Below, piece after piece: positions 23,706 through 34,856 of a stretch of 64,000 bases of DNA. A program made the translations under genes and the position numbers. Location: contig OZ316891.1 of assembly GCA_973895155.1 (NCBI GenBank), forward strand, positions 4,371,508-4,435,507, read 5' to 3'. Source of the stretch: Marsupella aquatica. Taxonomy: Eukaryota > Plantae > Marchantiophyta. Position 1 is the stretch's first letter. Each line of letters opens with the position of its first letter. The notes under the pieces were generated by a model that did no database searches, was not told the origin of the DNA, and was given only the letters and a program-made list of their open reading frames with translations.

Positions 23706-26700
23706 CTAGTGCTGCAAATGTAAAATTTGCAAAGTAGCACGGTGCCTTGAGTAACTCTCCAAAGGAATCACTTTGGTAAAAGCATCAGCCGGGTTGAGCT
23801 TTCCATCAATCTTGACTAGCTCAAACATTTTATCAAACACTGTTTGTCTAATAAAATGGTACCTGATGTCAATGTGCTTCACCCTGCTATCCATCACCTG
23901 GTTAATAGCTAGGTGAAGCGCGCTCTGGCTGTCACAATGAAGAGCCATTTTTCCATGCTGCAATCCCATCTCAGTGACCAGCTTATCCAACCAAATTGCT
24001 TCCTTTGCTGCTTCTGCTGCTGCAACATATTCTGCTTCTGTAGTGGACTGAGATACACACTTCTACAAGGTAGATCTCCAACTTATGCATCCTCTTCCAA
24101 GAGTAAACACATACCCAGTCGTTGACCTCCTTGTTTCCAGACAGCCTCCGTAGTCAGAATCTACATAGCCAACCAAAGATTTAGTTTTGTTTGATCTACT
24201 ATCAAACAACAAACCATAGTTTATTGTGCCCTTAAGATACCTGAGAATCCATTTCACAGCCTCCCAATGTATCTTCCCTGGATTTGACATGAATCTACTC
24301 ACTTTGCCCATTGCTAGGGCTAGATCAGGCCTGGTACATGTCATCAAATACATTAGACTGCCCACTGCCTTCTCATAAGGAACCTTAGTCATCAAGCCTC
24401 TCTCCACTGGATCCGTGGGGCAGAAAGCCGATGATAACTTGAAATGTGGAGCCAAAGGAATACTTACTGGCTTACAATTTTCCATGTTGAATCTTGCAAG
24501 TACCTTTTCAGCATACTTGCCTTGATTTAGCCACAACTGTCTAGTTTCAAAGTTCCTCGTAATCTCCATACCTAAGATCCTCTTGGCTTTCCCAAGATCC
24601 TTCATTCGGAATTCAGAACTCAATTTTGCTTTGAGTTTGTCAACCTCAGTTTGATCCTTAACCGCAATCAACATGTCATCCACATAGAGCACCAGAATGA
24701 GCAAACCAAACACACCATTCTTGACTTATTTCGTATACACACAAGGGTCATACACCATCCTGGTGAATCCTTGTGCAAGCATGAAATTATCAAATCGCTT
24801 GTTCCACTGTCGAGGAGCTTGCTTCAATCCATACAAGGACTTAAGTAACCTGCAAACTAAACTCTCTTGGCCCTTCTTCACAAAGCCCAGTGGTTGCCTC
24901 ATGAAAATTTGTTCCTCCAAGGTGCCATAGAGAAAAGCAGTAACAACATCCATTTGATCTAACACCAGATCAAAAAACACAACAAGTTGACACAAAATTT
25001 GTATTGTGGAATACTTGGCAACTGGAGAGAAGACCTCATTGTAATCCACTCCCTTCTCCTGAGTGAATCCTTTGGCAACAAGCCTTGCCTTGTATATCTT
25101 GCCTCCTCCATCTGAAGAGTTGTCCTTCAGCTTGTAAATCCACTTGCTATCCACAACTTGTTGATCACTTGGCAGCTGCACCAACTCCCATGTTTTGTTG
25201 TCACTTAAAGATTGCAACTCCCTCTGCATCGCTACATTCCATTCATCTTTCTCGTCTGAAATGCACGCCTCATGATATGAAGACGGTTCTCCTTCTTCCA
25301 AGATCAGTGCTCTGTCATCAACATCAGGTGCAATGTCAGCATCATCTAACCTTGATGAATCTATCCATTGTCCATACCTTGTAGGAGCTTGAGTAGTTCG
25401 CCTTGATTTTCTAGCTGATGATTCTGGCTGATCTTGCTCTGTTGGTTGATTTTGAGGTATTCCAACAACAACCTGCTCCTCTTGTTCCATCATCGGAACC
25501 AGCTCCATTATCGGAGCACCTCCTTCAACTATGTCATAAAAACCCTCATGACCAATCTCCCCCTCAACATGGTCCAGGATAGGAGATTTACCTTTGTCAG
25601 TACGGGAAGTCTGAGCATTCTCCCCCTTCTTTGATGATCTGGTTTCATTAAAGGATACATCTCTACTGACAAGCAAGGGGGTATTTAAAAACGACAGGAA
25701 ACAACAAACAGTAACTGGAAACAGAAACTGGTAACAGGAAATGAGTGGTAATTTTTTTGGAAATTTTTTTGAAATTTTTTTTGAATTTTTTTTTTGATAT
25801 TTTTTTTTTGGAAAAAAAAGTTTTTTTTTCCGAAATTTTGAATTTTTTTTGCTAGCGCCCGGCGCTGGTAATGCTAGCGCCCAAAGCTAGCCAAAAAATG
25901 TTATAATTTAATTTTTTTTGGAAAATTTGACATTTTAGAAAATATTTTGACATTGTTATTTTTCCTGGTAACAGTAAATTTTTGCTGGTAACAGGAAAAT
26001 TTTTATTGGTACCAGTAAACCTGTTTCCTGTTTACTGTCACGCATGCCATACCCCAAGCAAGGTACGAGCTTCTAGATCCCATAGCCTGTAACCTTTCAC
26101 ACTTGATTGATAACCAAGAAAAAGACACTTCTTGGAAGTAGAATCTAGTTTAGATCAATTATGCTTAGGTGTGAGAGCATATGCATCACTTCCAAAGACT
26201 CTCAAAACTTGATAGTCTGCGTGCCGTCGATAACTCATTTCAAACGGCGTCTTGAAATTGATTGCACTTGAAGGAGAAAGATTTTCCAAATAAGTGGCCG
26301 TATTTACAGCTTCAGCCCAAAATTCATTCAGTAAACCTGATTGGCTCAACATACTCCTCGATCGCTCCAATAGTGTTCGGTTCAGCCGCTCATAAACACC
26401 ATTCTGTTGAGGAGTATAAACTATCGTGAGATGACGAGTAATCCCTTGCTCTGCACAATATAGTTCAAATTCACTTGAACTATACTCCCCACCGTTATCT
26501 GATCGCAGATATCTCACCTTGGATCCAGTCTGATTCTCAATTTGGGCTTTCCACTTCTTAAAAGTGCCAAAAACTTCAGACTTGGCGTGTAGAAATGTGA
26601 TCCATACATACCTTGAGTAATCATCAATGAACATGACAGTACAATTTTCCAGAAAGTGAGGGAGTTGGGGTTGGACCCCACACATCACTATGTACATACT

Positions 26701-28240
26701 CAAGTATAGCTTTGGTATTATGAGTTCCAACACCAAAGGTTCTCCTGTGCTGCTTCCCAAGCACACAGTGTTCATAAAAATCTAGCTTAGTAGATTCCAA
26801 ATTAGAAAGAAGTCCGTTCCTGCGAAGTACCGCCAAACCCTTTTCACTCATGTGTCCCAATCTGCAGTGCCACAACTGAGTCATCTCGCATTGAGATCTA
26901 GTTACATTGGCTTCTTCACAAATCACGTTGCCCTCCAACAAGTATAGATTCATGTGCCGCTTACCCTTCATGACAACCTTGCCTCCGGTTGACACTTGAA
27001 GAATACCATCAGCAGAACTCCACCAACATCCATTTGCTTCCAGCATTCCAAGAGAAATCAAGTTCTTTTTCATGTCAGGTATGTGCCTGACATTACTCAC
27101 TGTTCGCACAGCTCCATCAAACATCCAAATTTTCACGGATCCAATTCCAATAATTTGACAAGGATGATCATTCCCCATCAACACAAAACCGGTTGATACT
27201 GAGTAAGAACTAAAAAACTCTTTCATACAACAAATATGATAGGTACAGGCACAGTCTAAAATCCATTCATCACCGTTGTTACTGGATGAAATTCAAAGGG
27301 CAACATCTTGACTTCACAAGATTTCATCATCAAGCAAGTCAATCATATCAACATCAGTGGCTGTGTTCGCTGATGGTTGATGAGTCTGCTTGACTCGACA
27401 GTCTCGTTTCATGTGACCAAGCTTGTTACATTTCCAGCATATAATTGGTTTCCTTTCTAGAGATTTCTCTCTAGACCTGGATCTAGACTTAGACCGAGCC
27501 TTCTCCTTGCCTCTATTCCGTGAGGGGTACGTTTGTGAAAAGGACCTATTTTTGCCAGTCATCCGCTGTTGAGTCCTCCCACGATTCACATTCAATGCAC
27601 TGCCAGATGAAGATGGTGTCTGGGCATGACCCAGTTTCTTCTGTGCATCATCTGACAGCAAAGAGCTTACCACCTCATCATATGAAATGGTTTTGAGGTC
27701 TCTATACAAGAGAACCTGCTTCAAACCTTGATACGATGGGGGTAAGGAACTGAGAAGAAGCAATGCCTTATCTTCATCTTCCACTCCCTTGCCAAGATTT
27801 GATAAATCTACAGCTAGGCTGTTGAATTCATCCAAATGATCTCAAAACTTGCCTCCTTCTTTTAGCCTCAAGCTCATCAAGAGAGACTTCTTGTACAACC
27901 GATCTGAGGCATCCTCTCGGTAGTACTTCTCTCTAAGGGCCTTGAATAAGGATATGCAATCCTTGTAATCGTCCAGCTTCTTAATGATATGCGGCTTCAG
28001 ATACAGCATAACTGCATTCACAACGATCACTTGCTCCTGCCTCCATTTCCTCAACGAGATCTCTTCCTCACTGCTAGACTCCTCCCGAGTCGATAGCAAA
28101 TGATCTAGGCCCATAGCACGAAGAATTCCCTTAACCTGCTTCTTCCATAGCAAATAATCCGTGCGCCCATCATACTTTTCTACCTCAAACTTGACACCTC
28201 CAAACTTGGATGCCATTGTTGTCCTCCCAATGTTCTCCAC
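23706..28240 (-). pseudogene. Copia gag-PR-IN-RT-RNaseH polyprotein, broken by frameshifts, stops and a DNA-element insertion
   Basis: Gag KFEVEKYDG and zinc knuckle CWKCNKLGHMKRDC. GAG-pre-integrase LWHCRLGH. IN motifs HSDVWGP, LRSDNGGEY and TPQQNG. RT motifs YKARLVAKGF, LYGLKQAPRQW and LYVDDML. RNaseH motifs CDSQSA and KHIDIRYHFIR. Confidence 0.93.
25678..26055. mobile_element. 378-bp non-autonomous DNA transposon inserted in the copia integrase region
   Basis: Ends GGGGTAT...ATACCCC, 7-bp TSD AAGCAAG (25671-25677 and 26056-26062), subterminal CTGGTAACAG/AAACAGG repeats and a T-rich interior. Removal restores YRLWDLEARTLLVSRDV. Confidence 0.85.
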
Positions 28241-29873
28241 GTGCTATTGCTGTGCTGCTCCCTATATTCTTTTGTCGCTTTTTCCTTCCTTCCTTCTCGT
28301 TGACTCAAAATTCAAATTATGAAAAAATATCGTTTTTTTTGCAACTTTCCAAAAAACTTGAAACTTGTCACCGCCACTTAGCCCACCAACCTAGCAAGCC
28401 AACGCTGAAATCCGAAATAGAAACTGAGTTCTGACGAAAAACTTTTTCACGTTTTGGTCAAGGTGGGTAAAACTCAAAAATTCTCCCCCGTTTTGACCAC
28501 CTCGGGGAATAAGAAAAATTCCAAGTACCACCCGTCGTCAAAAATGCAAATCGAGTGGTGCACCGCGTTGCTAGCTTCAGGGGCTACGTTCTCACCAAAA
28601 AAGATCCGAAAAAATTTATCGTTCGGACCTTGGAATCTTCGACTAAAGGCCAAAAAACAGCTCTCAATTTTTTTTGGAATATTCCTTGGACTGTGCAACA
28701 GGTCTCATAGGGGGCCGTTCCCCCTGTCCAAGCGGTTAATTTGGTGGGTCACCGGGCCCAGGTTGTCGCTTAACCAATGAGGAGCCTGGAAAGGATTAAA
28801 AAACCGGGCCTAAGGGGGTTTAAGCCCCTTAACACCAAAATATTGTCTTAAAAAAGGCGCCAAGCAGTGCACGGGGAGTAAAAAACCAAAATCGAGTCGG
28901 AATGGACAGGGATGGAGCTGCGACAGCCAGGACGGTCAGGACGTCTGGGACGTCCGTGCTGGCTGCGATGTCCGCACCGGCCGTGACATCCGGGATGTCT
29001 GGGACGTCCGCGATGGGAGTATTAGCGAGGAGGAGGAGAGGGTCGCCGACGGGGTATTGACAGGGGTGCAAGGGTCGGGAGGGTGTGTATACACACCAGG
29101 AAAAAGGCCCTATTCTAAGGCAAAATGTGCACAAAAAATAATTTTGTTGGGTTACTCACACTACCGTTATCACTTTACACCAGATAAAGACTAGTTGTCG
29201 ATGGGAAATAATATCGAATTGCACCGGCACCATTTGCAACTCTAGCAGAGTAAAAAAAATCCTGTCACGACTCCTTCACTCCCCGTCAAGTGTCAATCTT
29301 GGACTCAAAATGACCACTGCACCGCGATCTCTCCGTTGAGCCGTTGCACTTCTCGTTTCTTCCTCCGAGTCGGACGCAACGACAAGAAACCCCGCTTCAG
29401 TCAAAAGAAGACTCTATAGCCAGTCAGAAACTCAGAATGGCTCTTTTGCTTGGTACATCGCACTCACTACACCCTCGATAGCAAACCAGCTATCGAAATG
29501 ATCAACTTTGCCCGATCTACGATTTGAGCTAAAGGTTGTGACGCCTCGTGCACCACAAAGCTCACACCGTTGGGAAAACGATCTCAGTTCCCCCCCAAAA
29601 GAACCGTCGAAGAAAACCGTCGAACACAAATCACAAAAAATCCAGAACAACGGAAACGTGAATTCCTCCGCACCACGAACTCCGTTCAGAGATTTCTTTG
29701 CACCGTCGGAAAGCCCTTTCCCCGATCTATCCGTTGAGCCCAACACCTCCAAGTTCCATGCGACAGAACTCCATGAAATCCACCGACTCTAACCGCTGGG
29801 AAAACTATCACCAACACGTCATGAAAATTTTGATCACCTCAACGTCACCTCCCAGGCTTGCTCTGATACCAAT

Positions 29874-30204
29874 TGTTAAACTATTACGTCATTCGCAATG
29901 ACCATACAACCATGACTCATTCTATGCACACGAGTCGACACAATCTCTACGTGGTTCACCTCTTCTCCAAGGCTACGTCCACACAAACACTCAAGCTTTA
30001 CTTCAAGAGTAGACGAACACACATGCTCTTCCTCGTCCTCAAGTTGCTCCGTTACAATGAGTAAGCACACCACACCAACGGCTTACACTAGCCCTGGTAT
30101 ATACAAGGTCACACACGACTAACCTAACCTCAGTTAAGATCCTAACTGTGGTTAGCCTAAGTGCCGTAACCTATGAGTCACAAGACTAAGAGCAATCCTT
30201 AACA
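29874..30204 (-). repeat. Copia 5' LTR (331 bp)
   Basis: Direct repeat of 23167-23498, followed on the minus strand by 2 nt and the tRNA-iMet PBS. Confidence 0.95.
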
Positions 30205-31783
30205 GGGAGCTGAAGCGGGCTCAGGGTGGTATGGCTATTGGGGGGAAGGCTTAGTTATCTCGGCAGAAGAAAAGGCAAGACACGGGGAGTCCCGGCCTGA
30301 GTAGGGTCAGAGCGCACCAAGGAGTGAGAGCCAGAGTCGAGCTTGCTGGGCAAGTGCGAGGCGGGGCCTCGTAGAGACTGGGCATCGACTGCCGTTGGGC
30401 CTGCTGACCCCCTTAGAAGTCGAGTCAACCATGTAAACTGATGCTTCGCTGAGTAAATATAGTCTTTTCCCTCTAATGTTTCCGTGAGTAACTGGTGTTG
30501 TGTGTATGCTTTGTCTAGGCAAAGGCGCCATTTCAAGGGACGTATCGGGTGCGGACTAATGGTAGGGATTGCCACCCATCGCATGTCACAAGGTTCTATC
30601 GCATCGATGGCTTGAAAGCCCCAAGCCGGGAGTTAGTCCGAGTCACTAACTAAGGGAAAATTCCAGCGGTGGTGTCACTTGCCTCTCCAACGGTTAATAC
30701 GTGCAAACCGCACTTTTCTTCGCTTAAACCGTTGGTATCGTATTACGGGGTCGTGGAGGGACGCTATTTGGATTCTTTTCACACCAGGATGAGTATTTTG
30801 GTTTCCGCTCCCGGAAATGTAGGTTTTGATCAAGTCTACCGACTACCCTCACCCCACAGCTTTTGATCAAGTCCTGCCGACTACCCCACTACACCTTCAC
30901 TCGGAGTCACCCAAAGAGTGCTGTCACCACCCCTACTCACAAGGCCGACTCAAACCAAGCAAGTTTCTTCAAATCATAGAACGGGAGAACACAATTCGGA
31001 AAGCGAAAAAGGGAGAAGGAACACACAACAAAAGCCCATCAAGTCAAATGTACAGATCCATATCTCTTGGGAAAAACGATACACATTGCATGAGTAACCC
31101 GGCCTCCTGCCGTCTACTCAACTCCTGCCTCTCCGGACAATGAGTATGGCTCCCCCTCACTACTCTGAACACGCTTTCAAACTCCTCAGGCTCCACTCTA
31201 TCCCTCCTTGCTAACTTCACACTGAGTCCCCCTAACTACTTCGGGGCTATCCCCCTAAATACTGAAAAATCACACCAAAGCACCCCTCACAGGGTCACAA
31301 CGGTGGCGGCTACCCTAGCGGCGCCGCTAAAACCTTGCACTAAGAGAAATCCTTAAACTGAAGAGGAGCATGCGGCACACACATGCTGCTAAAACCCTAA
31401 ACCCAAAACAAGGGGGCCGACGGTGCCTTCGACGGCGCCCCAACAGTACACGTGAACCCTGAAAGTGAGAGGCACCCCAAAATGGCCGAAACTAGGTGCC
31501 CTTCCAAGTGCACACCTGAGCTCACCCCTGGATAGCTCTTCTTTTCCTGCTTCCGAATCACTAAGTCGCTCCCTCAACGGACTTCAGACGCCTGAGTTAT
31601 GGCCGTTTCCGTACCGCAAAAACATAAGTTCTCCAGGCCATAACTTGCTCATCCTGGCTCCGTTTGAGGAGCGCCGCCTCTTGTTGGAATCAGCTCCGCG
31701 AGCTCATCCCAACAAGCCCATGAGTGACCCCCCACTAAAATGTTGGAAATCTGGAGGCCGTACACCCACGTCCGTACGCCTAT

Positions 31784-33640
31784 CTAATCCTCCTCTTCTT
31801 CTTCGCTCTCGGTGCCCGGACTTGTGCCCCGTGAGTGGTCCTCCTCCTCATCACTCACGGGAGTGAGTGCCACCGTACTTTTCTTCTTCTTCGACGGAGT
31901 ACTCTTAGTGCTGCTGCTCCCGCGCTTCCTCAAAGCAGCCAAGGCCTGCCACGCCTTGATGTACCCCTCACCAATTGTGTCCTTCCAGAGGGTAGCCTCT
32001 TCTCCGGACCGCAACTCCAACGGTAGAACTTGCCCCGTGGCCATGGGAGTCCCGGGGGTGACAGACCTGGGTGGCATCCCCGTACTGACCTGAGCCTCCC
32101 GTAACGATTTCCGTACCTCCCGGAGCTTCTTCTCCAAGCTCTTACTCTTCTCCTGACTCTTCTTGGCTCCATCCAACAAGGGTCCATACTTCCCACTAAC
32201 CTCCTTCACCACCATCTCGATAGCTTGGGAGATCACATCCGGGGAAAGTGTGGAGCCAGGTGTGCCGGGACTCTTCCGTTTCCCTAGACTCAGGGCCTCA
32301 CTTCTCTTCGCTCGTGTCTCAAAGGCTGCCACCTGACTCCGTAGTGCTCCCACCTGGTTCCTCCACTCCATCACTTCTCCAGAATTTTGCTTCTCTTTGG
32401 CCAATGCTTGCCTCAACGCTCCTACTTCTTCTGCTTCCTTGGCCTTGGTGGACAAAGCTCCCTTCAAGTTGGTGATCTCTACGTGAGCTGCATTGATGTG
32501 CCTGACCTTCTCATGAATGGTCTGCTCCTTGGTCTTGATCACCTCCTTCAGTGACAGGATGCTCTGCTCTAACGTCTCTACTTTGACTGTGGCGTGCTTG
32601 AGAGACTCCCTCAATGCGTGGACTAGCTTGAGTCCCTCGTGGACTCCCTCTCTGAAATCCCGTAGCTCTGCCAAGTAAACATCCGGAATGTTGTATTCCA
32701 GAGGCTGTTTCGGATCTCCCACGAGTGATTCAAGCCACTCCAATGTGCAATCATCCTCCTGGTTCTCTTCTTCTCTATTATCCTCCCCACCAGCAGACAA
32801 TGATTCCTCCGTGAGCTTCCCTAAAACGGTAGTGGCAATACTCCGGATCTCCGTGGTGAGAGATGATCCCGTGTCTTCATGCCCCGGAGAACCAATCAAC
32901 CCTTCTGCCCTGGCCAATACAAATGACCCCATCAAATGTACAGCCCCACCTGGTTTCACACTCCCGGGCTCAGCGGCCAATAGCTTCTTCAATCCGTAGC
33001 ACCACCATCCGTACACATGGGCTGGGTAGTTCTTGATGTCCATAGCTACCACGAAATGCTCCTCATTCAGCACTCCGGATTGCACGTTGCCAAGAACCCG
33101 TTGATGCACCTTGGCCAGGAAGCCCTTATACTCAACATCCTTGACAGCAGAAAGAGGGATGGCGGTGGTGGAGGTAGGATTGGTCACCCAAGTGGCCACC
33201 ATTTTCAACGTGAGTTCTCCCCTGATATTCCGAGGTGTGAATGAGAATTTCTGATTCTCAAGAAACAATAGCTTAGCCAACTCCACATGGGGCACTACAC
33301 GTTTGAGACATTCAAAGTAGATTCCCTCCGTTCGGAACTCCATCCCGGCCTCAATGTCCCAGCTCTTCCCTGAAGGGATGGTAATCTCCACCTTCATGAA
33401 TTCTGTAAGCCCGGTGGCTTGGAAAATGTTCCGACAATCCTCCATCACCTTGGTGGAGGTCTTGGGATAAATTCGACGAAAAATCTTCCTACCCACCGGT
33501 GAGGAACCCGCTGCCAATCCCGTGCTCATCATAACTTCTCTCTCTTCCCTTTCCCGTGTAATCCGAGTCTCCACGTAGTCACGGTAAGCAGCCTTGTATC
33601 TCCGAATGCGTGACGCACTAAACTCTGGTTGATCTAGCAT
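31784..33640 (-). CDS. LTR-encoded accessory protein, 618 aa (globular N-terminal domain, acidic linker, coiled coil, basic NLS-like tail), 3' LTR copy
   Basis: Uninterrupted ATG-TAG ORF wholly within the LTR. RNIFQATGLTEFM resembles the start of the domain in the other accessory ORFs. It has a long heptad region, KKKK and a terminal acidic tract. Confidence 0.85.
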   Translation of the reverse strand: MLDQPEFSASRIRRYKAAYRDYVETRITREREEREVMMSTGLAAGSSPVGRKIFRRIYPKTSTKVMEDCRNIFQATGLTEFMKVEITIPSGKSWDIEAGMEFRTEGIYFECLKRVVPHVELAKLLFLENQKFSFTPRNIRGELTLKMVATWVTNPTSTTAIPLSAVKDVEYKGFLAKVHQRVLGNVQSGVLNEEHFVVAMDIKNYPAHVYGWWCYGLKKLLAAEPGSVKPGGAVHLMGSFVLARAEGLIGSPGHEDTGSSLTTEIRSIATTVLGKLTEESLSAGGEDNREEENQEDDCTLEWLESLVGDPKQPLEYNIPDVYLAELRDFREGVHEGLKLVHALRESLKHATVKVETLEQSILSLKEVIKTKEQTIHEKVRHINAAHVEITNLKGALSTKAKEAEEVGALRQALAKEKQNSGEVMEWRNQVGALRSQVAAFETRAKRSEALSLGKRKSPGTPGSTLSPDVISQAIEMVVKEVSGKYGPLLDGAKKSQEKSKSLEKKLREVRKSLREAQVSTGMPPRSVTPGTPMATGQVLPLELRSGEEATLWKDTIGEGYIKAWQALAALRKRGSSSTKSTPSKKKKSTVALTPVSDEEEDHSRGTSPGTESEEEEED

Positions 33641-34100
33641 CCATGCATCCCGAAATCAATTTCTCAATCACCAATCCCGTCACCCGTGGCAATGTCAATT
33701 CCCTGGCCCGAAACAGCCCCCGTAGCCCGATCACTTAAATTCTCTCAATTTCCCGTCACTACTCCGTGCGGCCGCCACTAATGCCTGGAAGAATGACGCC
33801 AGCAAGCCCCACTAATCCACCATGAAAGAGAGAGCTTCAAAAATAATTAGAATCTGGAGAGAGCTTCCGGCAAGAGAGAGAAGAACCCCGTTTTTGCTTT
33901 CGGCAATGAGAGGGTCGTGCAAAAGGAAGAGGGAAAGAAAAAGGAAGGAAAAAAAAATAGAACCGAAAAAACTCCTGGCGCCTTCGCCATGCGCCCCGGC
34001 CCATTTCTCGGGCCTTACCCTTGCGTCCTCCTGCGCGCGGCCCTATGCAGGGCGCGCGGCCATTCCTCCCGGCTCGCGGGAGGCCCTTCAACTCCCCCCC

Positions 34101-34386
34101 GCTCGCGTGATCCTCCCAGCTCGCGGGAGGCCCTTTAACTCCCCCCCGCTCGCGTGATCCTCCCAGCTCGCGGGAGGCCCTTTAACTCCCCCCCGCTCGC
34201 GTGATCCTCCCAGCTCGCGGGAGGCCCTTTAACTCCCCCCCGCTCGCGTGATCCTCCCAGCTCGCGGGAGGCCCTTTAACTCCCCCCCGCTCGCGTGATC
34301 CTCCCAGCTCGCGGGAGGCCCTTTAACTCCCCCCCGCTCGCGTGATCCTCCCAGCTCGCGGGAGGCCCTTTAACTCCCCCCCCCCC
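34101..34386. repeat. 47-bp GC-rich VNTR in the 3' LTR (6 units)
   Basis: GCTCGCGTGATCCTCCCAGCTCGCGGGAGGCCCTTTAACTCCCCCCC starts at 34101, 34148, 34195, 34242, 34289 and 34336. Confidence 0.95.
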
Positions 34387-34856
34387 GCTCGCTTGCTCTC
34401 CTTCAGCTCGCGGAGCCTCATTAATTGCCCGGGCACGCAGCCCTATGGGCTCGCGAGGCAGCCCCTTCAGCTCGCGGAGCCCCATTAATCGCCCGGGCAC
34501 GCAGCCCTATGGGCTCGCGAGGCAGCCCCTCTTTCTCTCGGACGGCCACTAATGGGACTCGCCCTCCTGAGGAGGGATTTATTTAAAAAAAAACCCCCCC
34601 CTCTCCTGACTTTGCAATGGGGGTCTCAACAATAGCTCTTGAAGCAAAACGGTAAGTCCTATGGGGCTGGTCCTGGCTAGTTTCAAGGTCCCAAAATATT
34701 TGCCCACTTAGGTCGCCGCAAATCTTAGAACTATTATGAGAGAAAGAATATAAAGTCACCTGGGGCATCATCAACCTATAATGACGGAATTAACTAAAAA
34801 TTAAAAAATGGCTTATTTACATTGACTATTAACAAGGTATCGGCCTTTGCAACCAG

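Larger units (their letters stand above)
23167..30204 (-). mobile_element. Full-length, decayed Ty1/copia LTR retrotransposon (Tnt1/Tork-like)
   Basis: LTRs at 23167-23498 and 29874-30204 (TGTT...AACA, about 8 substitutions and 1 indel). TSD GGGAG (23162-23166 and 30205-30209). PBS for tRNA-iMet TGGTATCAGAGC at 29860-29871, and PPT CAAGGGGGAG next to 23498. Confidence 0.97.
21680..30260 (+). pseudogene. Decayed LTR-borne accessory ORF (pieces 21680-21944, 22217-23166, 30210 to about 30260)
   Basis: Removing the MITE and copia insertions restores one frame with a few stops: FWTLF...EKAAYER...VEAILEVPAKFFRLKGSQLLTQA...EICEFISNFD...RQIFCLPTG...DNGYKQGSCTN...LNFIRTTLH...NWAQFLYRRFSGELK. This is collinear with FWGCLF...ERAARER...IREAIK...WELKGS...WTQA...LLEFVGSWE...EVFGLPIG...KNGFFRNTCTN...IDFLRVTMH in ORF 52501..56139. 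Confidence 0.75.
21126..30672 (+). mobile_element. Truncated long LTR (5' or solo) of an Athila-like Ty3 family carrying a decayed accessory ORF, interrupted by a MITE and a copia element and cut by the element at 30673
   Basis: It starts abruptly with TGTGACACGGGTAACGTGTCAC (the same hairpin start as the other Ty3 LTRs) inside the CMC transposase. Its ORF is homologous to 52798-56139, and there is no pol upstream. Confidence 0.65.

Noticed and set aside
28829-29134. ORF with DVPD repeats in the copia leader
   Set aside because: It arises from a degenerate 9-bp GGACGTCCG repeat, starts at GTG and has no support as a gene.
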